In this document: in pieces, positions 20,081 through 30,506 of the stretch
Layout: every line of letters starts with the position of its first letter
How positions within the stretch are numbered: the stretch's first letter is position 1
IMG/VR virus record: IMGVR_UViG_2703718791_000011
Direction: 5' to 3' (one strand)
Length of the DNA: 54,822 bases
Source of the DNA: a virus
Lineage: Duplodnaviria; Heunggongvirae; Uroviricota; Caudoviricetes
Notes under the pieces: model-generated
Database searches by the model: none
Seen by the model: the letters and a program-made list of their open reading frames with translations, nothing else
What the model was told of the DNA's origin: nothing
Made by a program: the position numbers and the translations under genes

Positions 20081-21564
20081 TGGCCAGAAGTTGCGTAACG
20101 GATCCACGTTGGCGCGAGCTGGTGGCGCTATATCGTTATGACTGGATTGCGGCCGCTGATGTTTTGTTCGGCAAAACACCTACCTGGCAGCAGGATCTGA
20201 TTATTGAGTCTGTGCAGGAACAGGGTAGCAAGACATCTGTTTCGTCTGGCCACGGTACCGGGAAATCAGACATGACTTCTATCATGATCATGTTGTTCAT
20301 AATCATGTATCCCGGTGCCCGAGCCATTATCGTTGCGAACAAAATTCAGCAGGTAATGACCGGTATATTCAAGTACATCAAGATAAACTGGGCTACTGCC
20401 ACCAGCCGTTTTCCATGGCTTGCTGATTATTTTGTTCTGACAGAAACCGCTTTCTATGAGGTTACTGGTAAAGGTGTATGGACTGTAGTACCGAAGGGCT
20501 TTCGTCTGGGAAGTGAAGAAGCTCTCGCCGGTGAACACGCAGATCATCTTCTGTATATTATCGATGAAGCCTCCGGTGTCAGTGATAGAGCTTTCGGTAT
20601 CATCACCGGTGCTCTTACCGGACAGGATAACCGCATCTTATTGCTGTCACAGCCTACACGCCCAAGCGGCTATTTCTACGATACACACCATAAACTGGCC
20701 AAGCGTCCTGGTAACCCTGATGGCGTTTATACGGCGATCACGCTTAACAGTGAGGAATCACCGCTGGTAACGCCAGCATTTATCAAAATGAAGCTGGCGG
20801 AGTACGGCGGGCGCGATAACCCTATGTACATGATTAAGGTACGCGGCCTATTCCCTAAATCACAGGATGGCTTCCTTCTTGGACGTGATGAGGTTGAACG
20901 TGCAACGCGGCGGAAAGTCAAGATTGCCAAAGGATGGGGCTGGCTTGCATGTGTGGACGTTGCTGGTGGTACGGGAAGGGATAAGTCCGTTATCAATATC
21001 ATGATGGTGTCCGGCCAGCGAAACAAACGCCGTGTAATCAACTATCGAATGCTGGAATACACAGACGTTACAGAAACGCAGCTTGCCGCCAAAATTTTCG
21101 CAGAATGTAATCCTGAGCGATTCCCAAATATCACCATAGCGATAGACGGCGATGGCCTGGGTAAAGCAACAGCGGATCTGATGTACGAGTATTATGGTAT
21201 TACCGTACAGCGTATACGCTGGGGTAAAAAGATGCATAGCCGTGAAGATAAGAGCCTGTACTTTGATAAACGTGCTTATGCCAATGTTCAAGCCGCAGAG
21301 GCCGTAAAATCTGGTCGTATGAGACTGGATAAGGGTAATGAAACTATTGAGGAAGCGTCGAAAATCCCTGTAGGGATTAACTCCGCAGGTCAATGGAAGG
21401 TGATGAGTAAGGAGGATATGAAGAAAAAACTCAACCTGCACTCACCAGACCATTGGGATACATATTGTTTCGCTATGCTGGCGGATTATGTTCCCCAGGA
21501 TGAAGTGCTTAGCGTCGAAGACGAAGCGCAGGTTGATGAAGCTCTGGCATGGCTTAATGAATAA
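20080..21564 (+). CDS. pacB: PacB, large terminase subunit
   Basis: 494 aa as in P1; Walker A-like SGHGTGKSD; start overlaps pacA stop. Confidence 0.85.
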   Translation: MARSCVTDPRWRELVALYRYDWIAAADVLFGKTPTWQQDLIIESVQEQGSKTSVSSGHGTGKSDMTSIMIMLFIIMYPGARAIIVANKIQQVMTGIFKYIKINWATATSRFPWLADYFVLTETAFYEVTGKGVWTVVPKGFRLGSEEALAGEHADHLLYIIDEASGVSDRAFGIITGALTGQDNRILLLSQPTRPSGYFYDTHHKLAKRPGNPDGVYTAITLNSEESPLVTPAFIKMKLAEYGGRDNPMYMIKVRGLFPKSQDGFLLGRDEVERATRRKVKIAKGWGWLACVDVAGGTGRDKSVINIMMVSGQRNKRRVINYRMLEYTDVTETQLAAKIFAECNPERFPNITIAIDGDGLGKATADLMYEYYGITVQRIRWGKKMHSREDKSLYFDKRAYANVQAAEAVKSGRMRLDKGNETIEEASKIPVGINSAGQWKVMSKEDMKKKLNLHSPDHWDTYCFAMLADYVPQDEVLSVEDEAQVDEALAWLNE

Positions 21565-21588
21565 CTCATTGACCATGCCGGATGGAAA

Positions 21589-22440
21589 CTATTGCGCGCT
21601 TTCGGGGTTGTCGTTTACTGGCTGCCCTTTCTTAGTTTTACGGCTGCGCGTAACTGATGCGGCTGATTTGACCTTTTTCTCTTCGCGAGTGATGGCAATT
21701 TGTTTTTTTACATTTTCAATATCTGCCAGGCGATATATTTTTGCCTGCGGCCAGCGGTCGCAGATGATCGGTTCTATAGAGTCATAAAGGCTAAATTTTG
21801 CTTTCTCGAATTCACCGTTGATGATAATTCCATCACGGAGAGTTTCATCGCAGATAAACACACCACATAGCGGCACATGGTAACTAACTGATTTACCATC
21901 ATTGTAGTTAGGGCTACTAGAAATGTAATGGACGCGCAGCATTGTTTCGCTAAAGCCGTGTACGCGCATACGGAATTTTTCATCCTCCGGGTACTGCTTC
22001 ATTAGCTCTTTTGTTGCTTCCAGGTTCTCTATGTATTTCGCACTGTGCTCATTGATCCCTGCGCTTTTCTGGATGCGAATGTCCTTATCAATCAGATGAA
22101 TAATGCGGCCAGCGGTCATGTTGACGCTGTTCACAGCTTCTGTCTGATAAGTCGTAACCTTACGCACACCGCGAAGGATGTTAGGCACTGGATATAAAAT
22201 AGTCTTTGGGATATTGAGGTCTGGGTACTGTTCCAGTTCCCGCGCCATTAAAGTCCATTTATCAATTTCAGCCTGAATGCTGTCAGTTTCTTTGAACGGC
22301 AGAACGACAACCGGGCGTACAGGACGACCGTCGCTGGCGGCATCAACGTGTTGGGCGCGTGCAACAGCTTTTTTTAGAAAGAGATCCCTGAAGCTGACGA
22401 ACTCCTGGTACAGTTGTTCGCCGTAGACATAATTTATCAT
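21589..22440 (-). CDS. c1: C1 repressor of lysis/lysogeny
   Basis: 283 aa; sequence MINYVYGEQLYQEFVSFRDLF... matches P1 C1 from memory. Confidence 0.9.
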   Translation of the reverse strand: MINYVYGEQLYQEFVSFRDLFLKKAVARAQHVDAASDGRPVRPVVVLPFKETDSIQAEIDKWTLMARELEQYPDLNIPKTILYPVPNILRGVRKVTTYQTEAVNSVNMTAGRIIHLIDKDIRIQKSAGINEHSAKYIENLEATKELMKQYPEDEKFRMRVHGFSETMLRVHYISSSPNYNDGKSVSYHVPLCGVFICDETLRDGIIINGEFEKAKFSLYDSIEPIICDRWPQAKIYRLADIENVKKQIAITREEKKVKSAASVTRSRKTKKGQPVNDNPESAQ

Positions 22441-22533
22441 TGATCCTCCTCCAGAATTGACATGGCCAACAACTCACAGCGGATTACACTGGGAGTTGTT
22501 GGCCACCATTATAGAAGGATCCAACGAAAATAA

Positions 22534-22550
22534 TAGATTTATTAGTGCAT
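22534..22550 (-). promoter_or_regulatory. C1 operator-like site between coi and c1
   Basis: Reverse complement ATGCACTAATAAATCT. Confidence 0.45.
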
Positions 22551-22760
22551 TTATTGTGAGTCTGGCTGGTTAGTGGCCATGAGATATTCGATTGTGTCAG
22601 TGAGATCATCCAGGTCGTCTTGGGTGATGCGGTACTCCTGATTGGATATCTTTGAGTAGTGTTCAGCAATGGCGCGGGCAGCGTCGGTTTCGGCGGGGTC
22701 TACAGATAAAGCGTTAGAGCAATGTCTAACGTCGTCGATGGTTGGTGGAATGAAAGCCAT
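22551..22760 (-). CDS. coi: Coi, C1 inactivator
   Basis: 69 aa ORF immediately upstream of c1, as in P1 immC. Confidence 0.7.
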   Translation of the reverse strand: MAFIPPTIDDVRHCSNALSVDPAETDAARAIAEHYSKISNQEYRITQDDLDDLTDTIEYLMATNQPDSQ

Positions 22761-22999
22761 AATTATGCCTCACTGTATTGACAACACAGAGCCTGAAGCT
22801 CTGACCTACTGTTTCACCCATGATCCATGCTGGGGTAATCTAACAACATTGCGCTGTGTGTAAGATGAGCAATGCATAGCTGTAATGCCGTTGTATAAGG
22901 TTTCCCTGTTTGCTCATTTCCTTCTGAGCCGCTCTACAACGCTGAAGACACATTAAATAGTGAATCCAAAGTCGTATTACGAAACGGCGGCAAAACTAT

Positions 23000-23016
23000 A
23001 ATTTATTAGAGCAATT
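23000..23016 (-). promoter_or_regulatory. C1 operator (reverse complement ATTGCTCTAATAAATT)
   Basis: Near-perfect consensus match upstream of the coi-c1 operon. Confidence 0.6.
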
Positions 23017-23081
23017 GTCAAACAACTATGAAAAACAATCCAGTTTTTGGCTGGTGGAGTGGGATTTTTCTCTCAAAATTT

Positions 23082-23097
23082 ATTGCTCTAATAATTC
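23082..23097 (+). promoter_or_regulatory. C1 operator (ATTGCTCTAATAATTC)
   Basis: Consensus match. Confidence 0.6.
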
Positions 23098-23141
23098 TTG
23101 ATTTTTATGCGCAGCTGGACGTAAACTCCTCTTCGGACCTA

Positions 23142-23175
23142 ATAACTTCGTATAGCATACATTATACGAAGTTAT
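23142..23175 (+). other. loxP site-specific recombination site (ATAACTTCGTATA-GCATACAT-TATACGAAGTTAT)
   Basis: Exact 34-bp wild-type loxP sequence read directly. Confidence 0.98.
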
Positions 23176-23189
23176 CTTAAGGGTTATTG

Positions 23190-23275
23190 AACATGATCAA
23201 TTTACCTGTAAATCCATACAGTTCAATACCTTATCAGGTCAAATAGTGATCACTTGATCATTTGATCAAGGTTGC
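23190..23275 (+). promoter_or_regulatory. cre promoter region with clustered Dam GATC sites
   Basis: GATC at about 23197, 23247, 23256 and 23265 upstream of cre. Confidence 0.5.
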
Positions 23276-23593
23276 GCTACGTAAAATCTGCGAAATGTTG
23301 GCAGTGTTAGTGCTCCAGATTTCGCGTAGCGCACTTAGCACCACCAATCAATCAGAGGTGAAAAATGGGATATTCAGCTGCTAAAGTGTCCACTCATATT
23401 GAGCTTGAGAAAAACCGTGGTTACTGGCGGGCAAAAGGGTTTGATCGTGATAGTTGTCAACTGTCATTATCGCGCGGTGAAGAGAAAATAGAACGCACGC
23501 GCGGTCGCTGGCGTTTCTATGACGAGAACCATAAACAGGTAAAGGCAGAGCCGATCCTGTACACTTTACTTAAAACCATTATCTGAGTGTTAA

Positions 23594-24625
23594 ATGTCCA
23601 ATTTACTGACCGTACACCAAAATTTGCCTGCATTACCGGTCGATGCAACGAGTGATGAGGTTCGCAAGAACCTGATGGACATGTTCAGGGATCGCCAGGC
23701 GTTTTCTGAGCATACCTGGAAAATGCTTCTGTCCGTTTGCCGGTCATGGGCGGCATGGTGCAAGTTGAATAACCGGAAATGGTTTCCCGCAGAACCTGAA
23801 GATGTTCGCGATTATCTTCTATATCTTCAGGCGCGCGGTCTGGCAGTGAAAACTATCCAGCAACATTTGGGCCAGCTAAATATGCTTCATCGTCGGTCCG
23901 GGCTGCCACGACCAAGTGACAGCAATGCTGTTTCACTGGTCATGCGACGGATCCGAAAAGAAAACGTTGATGCCGGTGAGCGTGCAAAACAGGCGCTGGC
24001 GTTCGAACGCACTGATTTCGACCAGGTTCGTTCACTCATGGGAAATAGCGATCGCTGCCAGGATATACGGAATCTGGCATTTCTGGGGATTGCTTATAAC
24101 ACCCTGTTACGTATAGCCGAAATTGCCAGGATCAGGGTTAAAGATATCTCACGTACTGACGGTGGGAGAATGTTAATCCATATTGGCAGAACGAAAACGC
24201 TGGTTAGCACCGCAGGTGTAGAGAAGGCACTTAGCCTGGGGGTAACTAAACTGGTCGAGCGATGGATTTCCGTCTCTGGTGTGGCTGATGATCCGAATAA
24301 CTACTTGTTTTGCCGGGTCAGAAAAAATGGTGTTGCCTCGCCATCATCCACCAGCCAGCTATCAACTCGCGCCCTGGAAGGGATTTTTGAAGCAACTCAC
24401 CGATTGATTTACGGGGCTAAGGATGACTCTGGTCAGAGGTACCTGGCCTGGTCTGGACACAGTGCCCGTGTCGGAGCCGCGCGAGATATGGCCCGCGCCG
24501 GAGTTTCAATACCGGAGATCATGCAAGCTGGTGGCTGGACCAACGTAAATATTGTCATGAACTATATCCGTAACCTGGATAGTGAAACAGGGGCAATGGT
24601 GCGCCTGCTGGAAGATGGCGATTAG
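23594..24625 (+). CDS. cre: Cre tyrosine recombinase
   Basis: 343 aa; MSNLLTVHQNLPALPVDATSDEVRKNLMDMFRDRQAFSEHTWKMLLSVCRSWAAWCKLNNRKWFPAEPEDVRDYLLYLQARGLAVKTIQQHLGQLNMLHRRSGLPRPSDSNAVSLVMRRIRKE... matches Cre from memory. Confidence 0.97.
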   Translation: MSNLLTVHQNLPALPVDATSDEVRKNLMDMFRDRQAFSEHTWKMLLSVCRSWAAWCKLNNRKWFPAEPEDVRDYLLYLQARGLAVKTIQQHLGQLNMLHRRSGLPRPSDSNAVSLVMRRIRKENVDAGERAKQALAFERTDFDQVRSLMGNSDRCQDIRNLAFLGIAYNTLLRIAEIARIRVKDISRTDGGRMLIHIGRTKTLVSTAGVEKALSLGVTKLVERWISVSGVADDPNNYLFCRVRKNGVASPSSTSQLSTRALEGIFEATHRLIYGAKDDSGQRYLAWSGHSARVGAARDMARAGVSIPEIMQAGGWTNVNIVMNYIRNLDSETGAMVRLLEDGD

Positions 24626-24642
24626 CCATTAACGCGTAAATG

Positions 24643-24659
24643 ATTGCTCTAATTATTTG
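24643..24659 (+). promoter_or_regulatory. C1 operator-like site (ATTGCTCTAATTATTTG)
   Basis: Consensus match upstream of 24676 ORF. Confidence 0.5.
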
Positions 24660-24675
24660 ATATTTATGGTGACAT

Positions 24676-24987
24676 ATGAGAAAGAATTTCAACATCGACG
24701 GAAAATATGTAGTGCTGTCAGTGAGCACTAATATTCAGTCGCCAGCCGTCATTGTCACTGTAAAGCTGAGCGATAGAATGCCTGATATTGACTCAATATC
24801 CGTTGCGTTCCCTGTCAGAAGTATGCGTAGTGCTGAACATTTCGTGATGAATGCCACCGAGGAAGAAGCACGGCGCGGTTTTGCTAAAGTGATGTCTGAG
24901 TTTGGCGAATTTTTGGGGCACGTTGACAAAGCCCTCTCAATCAGTTCAGCAAGGTCCAAAGCATTAACAGCTTCCATGATGAAATAA
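24676..24987 (+). CDS. Hypothetical protein in the position of P1 cra (c8)
   Basis: ORF track; synteny cre-cra-ref. Confidence 0.45.
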   Translation: MRKNFNIDGKYVVLSVSTNIQSPAVIVTVKLSDRMPDIDSISVAFPVRSMRSAEHFVMNATEEEARRGFAKVMSEFGEFLGHVDKALSISSARSKALTASMMK

Positions 24988-25118
24988 AAAAAGCCTGGCA
25001 AGGAGCCAGGCTGCACAAAAGAGCGGGTTTGTATTCCGCATCCAATCAATCAAGAAGGAGTATAGCACACAGGTACTGAAGTGAAAAAATGTGATTCGCG
25101 ATAAACAAAATCTCTACC

Positions 25119-25148
25119 ATTGCTCTAATTGATTGCTATAATTGAGCC
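25119..25148 (+). promoter_or_regulatory. Tandem overlapping C1 operators (ATTGCTCTAATTGATTGCTATAATTGAG) controlling ref
   Basis: Two consensus-like half sites; ref is C1-controlled in P1. Confidence 0.6.
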
Positions 25149-25200
25149 GCAGTTTTTGTCAACTACGAAGACGTTGCCATTACTTAACTCCTTGACATCA

Positions 25201-25228
25201 TTGGCGGCCATCAGGCCGCCTTTTTTTT
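25201..25228 (+). terminator. Hairpin GGCGGCCATCAGGCCGCC followed by T8 just upstream of the ref start
   Basis: Inverted repeat plus T-run seen directly. Confidence 0.5.
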
Positions 25229-25233
25229 GCCAT

Positions 25234-25535
25234 ATGAAAACAATCGAACAAAAAATTGAACAGCACCGTAAGTGGCAGAAGGCAGCCAGAGAACGAGCGA
25301 TCGCTCGGCAACGGGAGAAGTTGGCTGATCCGGCCTGGCGAGAATCTCAATATCAGAAAATGCGGAATACTATCGACCGCCGTATCGCTAAACAGAAAGA
25401 GCGCCCACCAGCCAGCAAAACGCGGAAAAGCGCGGTAAAAATAAAATCTCGTGGCTTGAAGGGACGAACACCGACGGCGGAGGAGCGGCGCATAGCCAAT
25501 GCTCTTGGCGCTCTCCCCTGCATTGCCTGCTATAT
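25234..25535 (+). pseudogene. ref: ref 5' fragment (Ref HNH-type recombination enhancement nuclease), interrupted by Tn3-family insertion after codon for ...IACYM
   Basis: MKTIEQKIEQHRKWQKAARERAIARQ... matches P1 Ref N-terminus; reading frame runs into the transposon IR. Confidence 0.85.
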
Positions 25536-25582
25536 GGGGCTCCGTTTGGGAAACGGAAAATATTGTACGTTAAGGCTGTTTT

Positions 25583-26224
25583 TTAATCAGGTTTAACCTC
25601 TTTATAGAGAGCCTGAATGCGACAAACCTGCGAAGTGCTGTAGCCCGTTGCATCTGCTGTTTCTCTAATGCTGAGTTTTTTTACTTGTCTGTAGTACAAC
25701 ACTTTCTGATGACGTTCCTGATCGGCCTGTTTTCCCCGGTATTTACCCAACGTATGAGCTCGTTCAATTCCCTGTTTTTGGCGTTGGCGACGACTCAGCC
25801 AGTCCTTATGCGACATCGCGGCCATCAGGTCTATAAGCATATTATTTATTGCAGTTATCACTGCGCGGGTAATCGGATCTGATTGTGAAGGATCTTTATC
25901 TGACAGGGCTTGCCATGATGTTGGAACATCCAGACTGACAATCCGCAGTTCGTGTTGTTCTATCTGCTTTTTCAGCGTTATCCAGTCGCTGTTACTCAGT
26001 CGGGTCAGGCGGTCTATCTGCTCGACCAGCAAAATATCATTACGGTGACTGTCCATCAGTAAGCGTTTCAGTTCCGGACGGTCAAGTTTTGTACCGCTTA
26101 TGTTCTCCCGATAATAACTGGCAATTTTATGCCCCCGTTCTTGGACGAACTGTTCCAGCATCTCTTTTGCTCGATCTGCAAACTGATCTTCTGTTGACGC
26201 CCTTAAATAAGCTCTGATGAACAT
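25583..26224 (-). CDS. tnpR: TnpR serine resolvase
   Basis: N-terminal MFIRAYLRASTEDQ serine-recombinase motif, C-terminal HTH; start chosen at the ATG that has a GGTGA RBS. Confidence 0.8.
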   Translation of the reverse strand: MFIRAYLRASTEDQFADRAKEMLEQFVQERGHKIASYYRENISGTKLDRPELKRLLMDSHRNDILLVEQIDRLTRLSNSDWITLKKQIEQHELRIVSLDVPTSWQALSDKDPSQSDPITRAVITAINNMLIDLMAAMSHKDWLSRRQRQKQGIERAHTLGKYRGKQADQERHQKVLYYRQVKKLSIRETADATGYSTSQVCRIQALYKEVKPD

Positions 26225-26390
26225 TTTTTCACCGCATTGTCGCATTTAGGTTGTTGCATATATTCTATCGCATATAGGTTATGTCATTATTTGTATGAGG
26301 TCACATTTTATATCTCGCATCAGGGTGTACCCTTATGCAATAACCTTTTCATCAAAAATAATGTACTAAATAATTAACAAGGATAACTAT
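26225..26390. promoter_or_regulatory. Putative res site and divergent tnpR/tnpA promoters
   Basis: AT-rich divergent intergenic region with repeated GCATATA-like motifs; position as in Tn3-family elements. Confidence 0.5.
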
Positions 26391-29378
26391 ATGGCAAGGA
26401 GGCAGATTCTTTCTCTATCGGAAAGAGAATCATTACTGGCATTGCCAGACGATGAGTTAACACTGACTCGAATGACGTATTTCAGTGAGCAGGATCTGGC
26501 AATTATCAATGCTCACCGTAAACCTGCCAGCCGGTTTGGTTTTGCCGTTCTTCTCTGTTATCTGAAAAGTATTGGGTTTGCCCCGGATAAAAAATCATCC
26601 CCACCCGCAAAATTGCTAAAAACCATTGGCGCTCGACTTAAGTTATCAGCAGAACTTTGGCAGGAATACGTTTCCGGTCGTGATACCACCAGACGTGAGC
26701 ATATGAGGGAACTTTATCGATATCTTGAACTGAAAGCCTTTAACGGTGCACTTCAGAAAGAATGTATCCGGCATCTGCTCCCTCTGTCTACCAGAACGGA
26801 CAGAGGCATACTTATCGCAGAGGAGTTACTAAAGTACCTGCATCAACAGCGAATTATTATTCCAGGCATTGATGTTCTGGAACGTACCTGTGCAGAAGCA
26901 ATGACACTGGGTGATAAAACGGTGTATACAACGCTGAATGCGCACCTTGATATCACGCATAAATCTGCGCTTGATGCCCTGTTGGTGACAAATGAAAAAC
27001 AAATATCCCGTTTGACGTGGCTGCTTCAACCTCCAGGGAAAATCAATGGAAAGAATGTCCTGCAACACATTGACCGCCTTAACGCTATTGAAGCTCTGGC
27101 GCTGCCGGAAGGAGTGGAGAGAACCGTTCACCAGAACCGATTGCTGAAACTCGCGCGTGAGGGCCGCAAAATGAGCAGTCGCGATCTGGCTGATTTTTCC
27201 CCTGCTCGTCGATACGCAACGATGGTCTGTGTACTGACTGAGGCCAGAGCCACAATCATTGATGAAATTATAGAACTGCATGAACGTATTCTAGGCAGCA
27301 TGTTCAGTCGGGCAAAACATCAGCAGGCCGAGCGTCTTCAGAAAACGGGCAAGTTGATACAGCAAAAGTTACGTCAGTATGTTTCTGTTGGCCAGGCTAT
27401 CCTGGATGCACGCAATGCAGGCGAAGATCCTCTGTCTGCTATTGAACGAGTGTTACCGTGGGACGATTTTGTCGCCAGTCTGGAGGAAACAAAGCTTCTT
27501 GCACGTAAGGATAATTTTGAGCCGCTTCATCTTATTACCGAAAAATTCAGTACATTGCGCAAATATTCTTTTCGTTTTCTATCGGCCCTGCAACTGAGAG
27601 CCACTTCGGCAGCGTTGCCGCTTAATGATGCCCTTGAAACTATTCGTGATATGTACCGTAAACAGCTACGAAAGGTTCCTGCATCGGCACCACTGGATTT
27701 CATTCCTGAGAGCTGGAGAAAGATGGTGGTCACCCCCTCAGGCATTGACCGACAATACTATGAAATTTGCGCAATGAATGAGCTAAAGGGGGCGCTGCGG
27801 GCGGGTGATATCTGGGTCAGGGGCTCCCGGCGCTACAAAAACTTTGATGATTATCTTATGCCTAACGATGATTTCGAAAAGTTATTAAATAATAACCTAT
27901 TAAATTTACCTGTTGGCACAGAATGCGGGGCTTATCTTAATGCCAGACTGACTCTACTGGCCTCCCGTCTGGAGGAAGTTAACGCAATGGCTGTCGCAGG
28001 GGAGCTTCCTGATGTGGATATTTCAGATAAAGGTGTAAAGATCACCCCACTGGATAACAGCGTTCCTTCAACAGTCTCTCCCCTGGCCGACCTGATTTAC
28101 AACATGCTACCGCACCCCAAAATTACAGAGATACTTGATGAAGTCGAGCGATGGACTGCCTTCTCGCGACATTTTACTCATCTTAAGAATCCGCTAATCC
28201 GTCCTCAGGATAATCGTTTACTACTAACCACTATCCTGGCGGACGGCATCAATCTAGGGTTGGCAAAAATGGCAGAGTCCTGTCCGGGAACCACACGAGC
28301 TTCGCTGGAAAACATACAAGCATGGTACATCCGTGATGAAACGTACTCTGCTGCACTGGCAGAACTGGTTAATGCCCAGAAGTCACGACCGCTGGCGGCA
28401 TTATGGGGAGACGGTTCCACCTCATCCTCTGACGGCCAGAATTTTAGGGTTGGCAGTCATGGGCGCTATGCCGGTCAGGTTAATTTGAAGTACGGTCAGG
28501 AACCTGGGGTGCAGTTTTATACGCATATCTCAGATCAATATAGTCCGTTTTATACCAAAGTAATCAGTCGTGTTCGTGATTCCACCCACGTACTTGATGG
28601 TCTTCTGTATCACGAAAGTGACCTTGATATAACGGAACATTACACCGATACAGCAGGTTTCACGGAGCATGTTTTTGCACTAATGCATCTGCTGGGATTC
28701 GCTTTTGCCCCAAGGATCCGGGATCTGCATGACAAACGTTTGTTTATTCAAGGTAAAGCTGATAACTATCCTGCTCTACAGTCAATTATCTCCACAACCC
28801 CCCTGAATATCAAAGAGATAAAAATACACTGGAATGAAATTCTGAGACTGGCGACCTCAATAAAACAGGGAACAGTGACCGCTTCTCTGATGCTGAAAAA
28901 ATTGGCCAGTTATCCGAAACAGAATGGCCTTGCTAAGGCGTTAAGAGAAATTGGTCGTATTGAGCGAACACTGTTCATGCTGGACTGGTTCCGCGATCCG
29001 GCGCTTCGTCGTAGGGTTCAGGCAGGTCTGAACAAAGGGGAAGCCCGGAATGCCCTTGCCAGAGCTGTCTTCATGCATCGTCTGGGAGAAATAAGGGATC
29101 GTGGTATTGAAAACCAGAGTTACCGCGCCAGTGGGCTTACGCTGCTCACTGCCGCAATCACTTTGTGGAATACCGTATATATAGAAAACGCCATTAACCT
29201 GCTGAAAAAGAAAGGGCTACATATTAATGAGCAATTGTTGTCACATTTGTCTCCGCTGGGCTGGGAGCACATTAATCTGACAGGGGACTATATCTGGAAA
29301 AACAATAAGAAGCTGGCTGAAGGGAAGTATCGTCCTTTGCGAGCAGTTGATGTCAGTCAGTACAAAAAACAGCCTTAA
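26391..29378 (+). CDS. tnpA: TnpA Tn3-family transposase (995 aa)
   Basis: Size and organisation; stop lies within the terminal inverted repeat. Confidence 0.85.
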   Translation: MARRQILSLSERESLLALPDDELTLTRMTYFSEQDLAIINAHRKPASRFGFAVLLCYLKSIGFAPDKKSSPPAKLLKTIGARLKLSAELWQEYVSGRDTTRREHMRELYRYLELKAFNGALQKECIRHLLPLSTRTDRGILIAEELLKYLHQQRIIIPGIDVLERTCAEAMTLGDKTVYTTLNAHLDITHKSALDALLVTNEKQISRLTWLLQPPGKINGKNVLQHIDRLNAIEALALPEGVERTVHQNRLLKLAREGRKMSSRDLADFSPARRYATMVCVLTEARATIIDEIIELHERILGSMFSRAKHQQAERLQKTGKLIQQKLRQYVSVGQAILDARNAGEDPLSAIERVLPWDDFVASLEETKLLARKDNFEPLHLITEKFSTLRKYSFRFLSALQLRATSAALPLNDALETIRDMYRKQLRKVPASAPLDFIPESWRKMVVTPSGIDRQYYEICAMNELKGALRAGDIWVRGSRRYKNFDDYLMPNDDFEKLLNNNLLNLPVGTECGAYLNARLTLLASRLEEVNAMAVAGELPDVDISDKGVKITPLDNSVPSTVSPLADLIYNMLPHPKITEILDEVERWTAFSRHFTHLKNPLIRPQDNRLLLTTILADGINLGLAKMAESCPGTTRASLENIQAWYIRDETYSAALAELVNAQKSRPLAALWGDGSTSSSDGQNFRVGSHGRYAGQVNLKYGQEPGVQFYTHISDQYSPFYTKVISRVRDSTHVLDGLLYHESDLDITEHYTDTAGFTEHVFALMHLLGFAFAPRIRDLHDKRLFIQGKADNYPALQSIISTTPLNIKEIKIHWNEILRLATSIKQGTVTASLMLKKLASYPKQNGLAKALREIGRIERTLFMLDWFRDPALRRRVQAGLNKGEARNALARAVFMHRLGEIRDRGIENQSYRASGLTLLTAAITLWNTVYIENAINLLKKKGLHINEQLLSHLSPLGWEHINLTGDYIWKNNKKLAEGKYRPLRAVDVSQYKKQP

Positions 29379-29411
29379 CGTACAATATTTTCCGTTTCCC
29401 AAACGGAGCCC

Positions 29412-29675
29412 TATATGCATGGAGTAATATCTGAAGAGGTGTCTCTGCACCATATCTCCGGTCGTACCGCGCCTGGTTGTCACAAAAAGCAATTGCCACT
29501 TTGTAGATGGCACCACCAGCATGCAGCACCGGCTGAAGTAAGAGAAAAATACCCCTGGCTGGTCCCTGTTCATGCCGATGGTGTGGTTGGAGGCAAGAAA
29601 GAATTCACCTTGCTGAACAAGTCAGAGATGGAGTTGCTGGCTGACGCCTATGAGATGGCAAACAGCATGCACTAA
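29412..29675 (+). pseudogene. ref: ref 3' fragment (HGVIS...HH...CRWHHQHAAP...), HNH motif region
   Basis: Continues the Ref sequence exactly after the transposon; HNH-like His/Cys cluster. Confidence 0.85.
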
Positions 29676-29865
29676 TAAATATATTATTTTTAATCTGAAA
29701 TAATTGACAACTGACAAGTGACTTCAGTCAGAATCATCACATGCCCGGTACGGATGGATCCCTTTTCAAATATTCCATGGACGGCACAGTCTGAGTACCG
29801 GGCGCTACCTTCAGTTGTATTGCTAAGCCGCCGCTGGTGGCTTTTCTTTTTTATAAGGGGCGCTA

Positions 29866-30506
29866 TGGATAAGAAAATATGCGTTGTTTCGATGAGCGTC
29901 GGCAAACCGGCGTCAATGACTGCCGCATGGATCAACAATGAGCTGATAATGGCTGAGCGGACCAGCTACCCTGAACGCCGCCGCGATATGGAACTCCAGC
30001 TGCTGCGCGAATTGCGAGAAAAAGAGGAAAAGGGTTTTATCGTGCTGGTGGAAGAGGAAAACAGCTTTATTACGGGTCGAGTTGGCCAGCGTGTAAGGTT
30101 GCGCGATCCCTTCATGAACGGCAGGCCGGTACTAATTGAAGCAATGCAGATTTACAAGGAGCTGGAACGCCAGAAAGCGATCAAGTTACCGCGCAAAGAA
30201 TCCGGCAAATACATCCTCCACCAAAGCATCTTCGATTCCGAACACGACAAAAAAGGCGATGAATTTTTCAACATCAACTGGAGCGAAATAACGACAGAGC
30301 ACGTTCTGTCGTTGTTATGCTGCTTCGCAACGGAATATAACAACGTTGCAAGCGCCGACTACATCAGGGCAATGGCTGGAGAAGTTGAGGCCCGCCAGGA
30401 ACCATCGTTACTAAGCCCTCTGATTAACATAATTCGCGGAACCCAATGTCTAGCCGACAAGCGAGTTCCTCAAGGCTTACTTACCGGCAAAGAAAACTAT
30501 TTATAA
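29866..30506 (+). CDS. mat: Mat-like protein (particle maturation), start chosen at MDKKICVV with AAGGGG RBS
   Basis: ORF 29718-30506 in track; position after ref as in P1. Confidence 0.55.

Larger units (their letters stand above)
25536..29411 (-). mobile_element. Tn3-family transposon (about 3.9 kb; tnpR-res-tnpA, divergent) with roughly 38-bp terminal inverted repeats and 5-bp TATAT target duplication
   Basis: Left end GGGGCTCCGTTTGGGAAACGGAAAATATTGTACGTTAAGG; right end is its inverted copy ending ...CCAAACGGAGCCC; TATAT(G) flanks both junctions; ref reading frame is restored across the duplication. Confidence 0.85.

Noticed and set aside
23365-23586. 73-aa ORF between loxP and cre
   Set aside because: It sits in the cre promoter/leader region with Dam sites and I do not recall a gene here in P1. 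Possibly real, but unsupported, so not called.
29241-29573. Minus-strand 110-aa ORF spanning the right transposon end and the ref 3' fragment
   Set aside because: It reads through the Tn3-family inverted repeat and is antisense to ref; the shared GLRLGNGKYCTLRLFF peptide is simply the inverted repeat translated.
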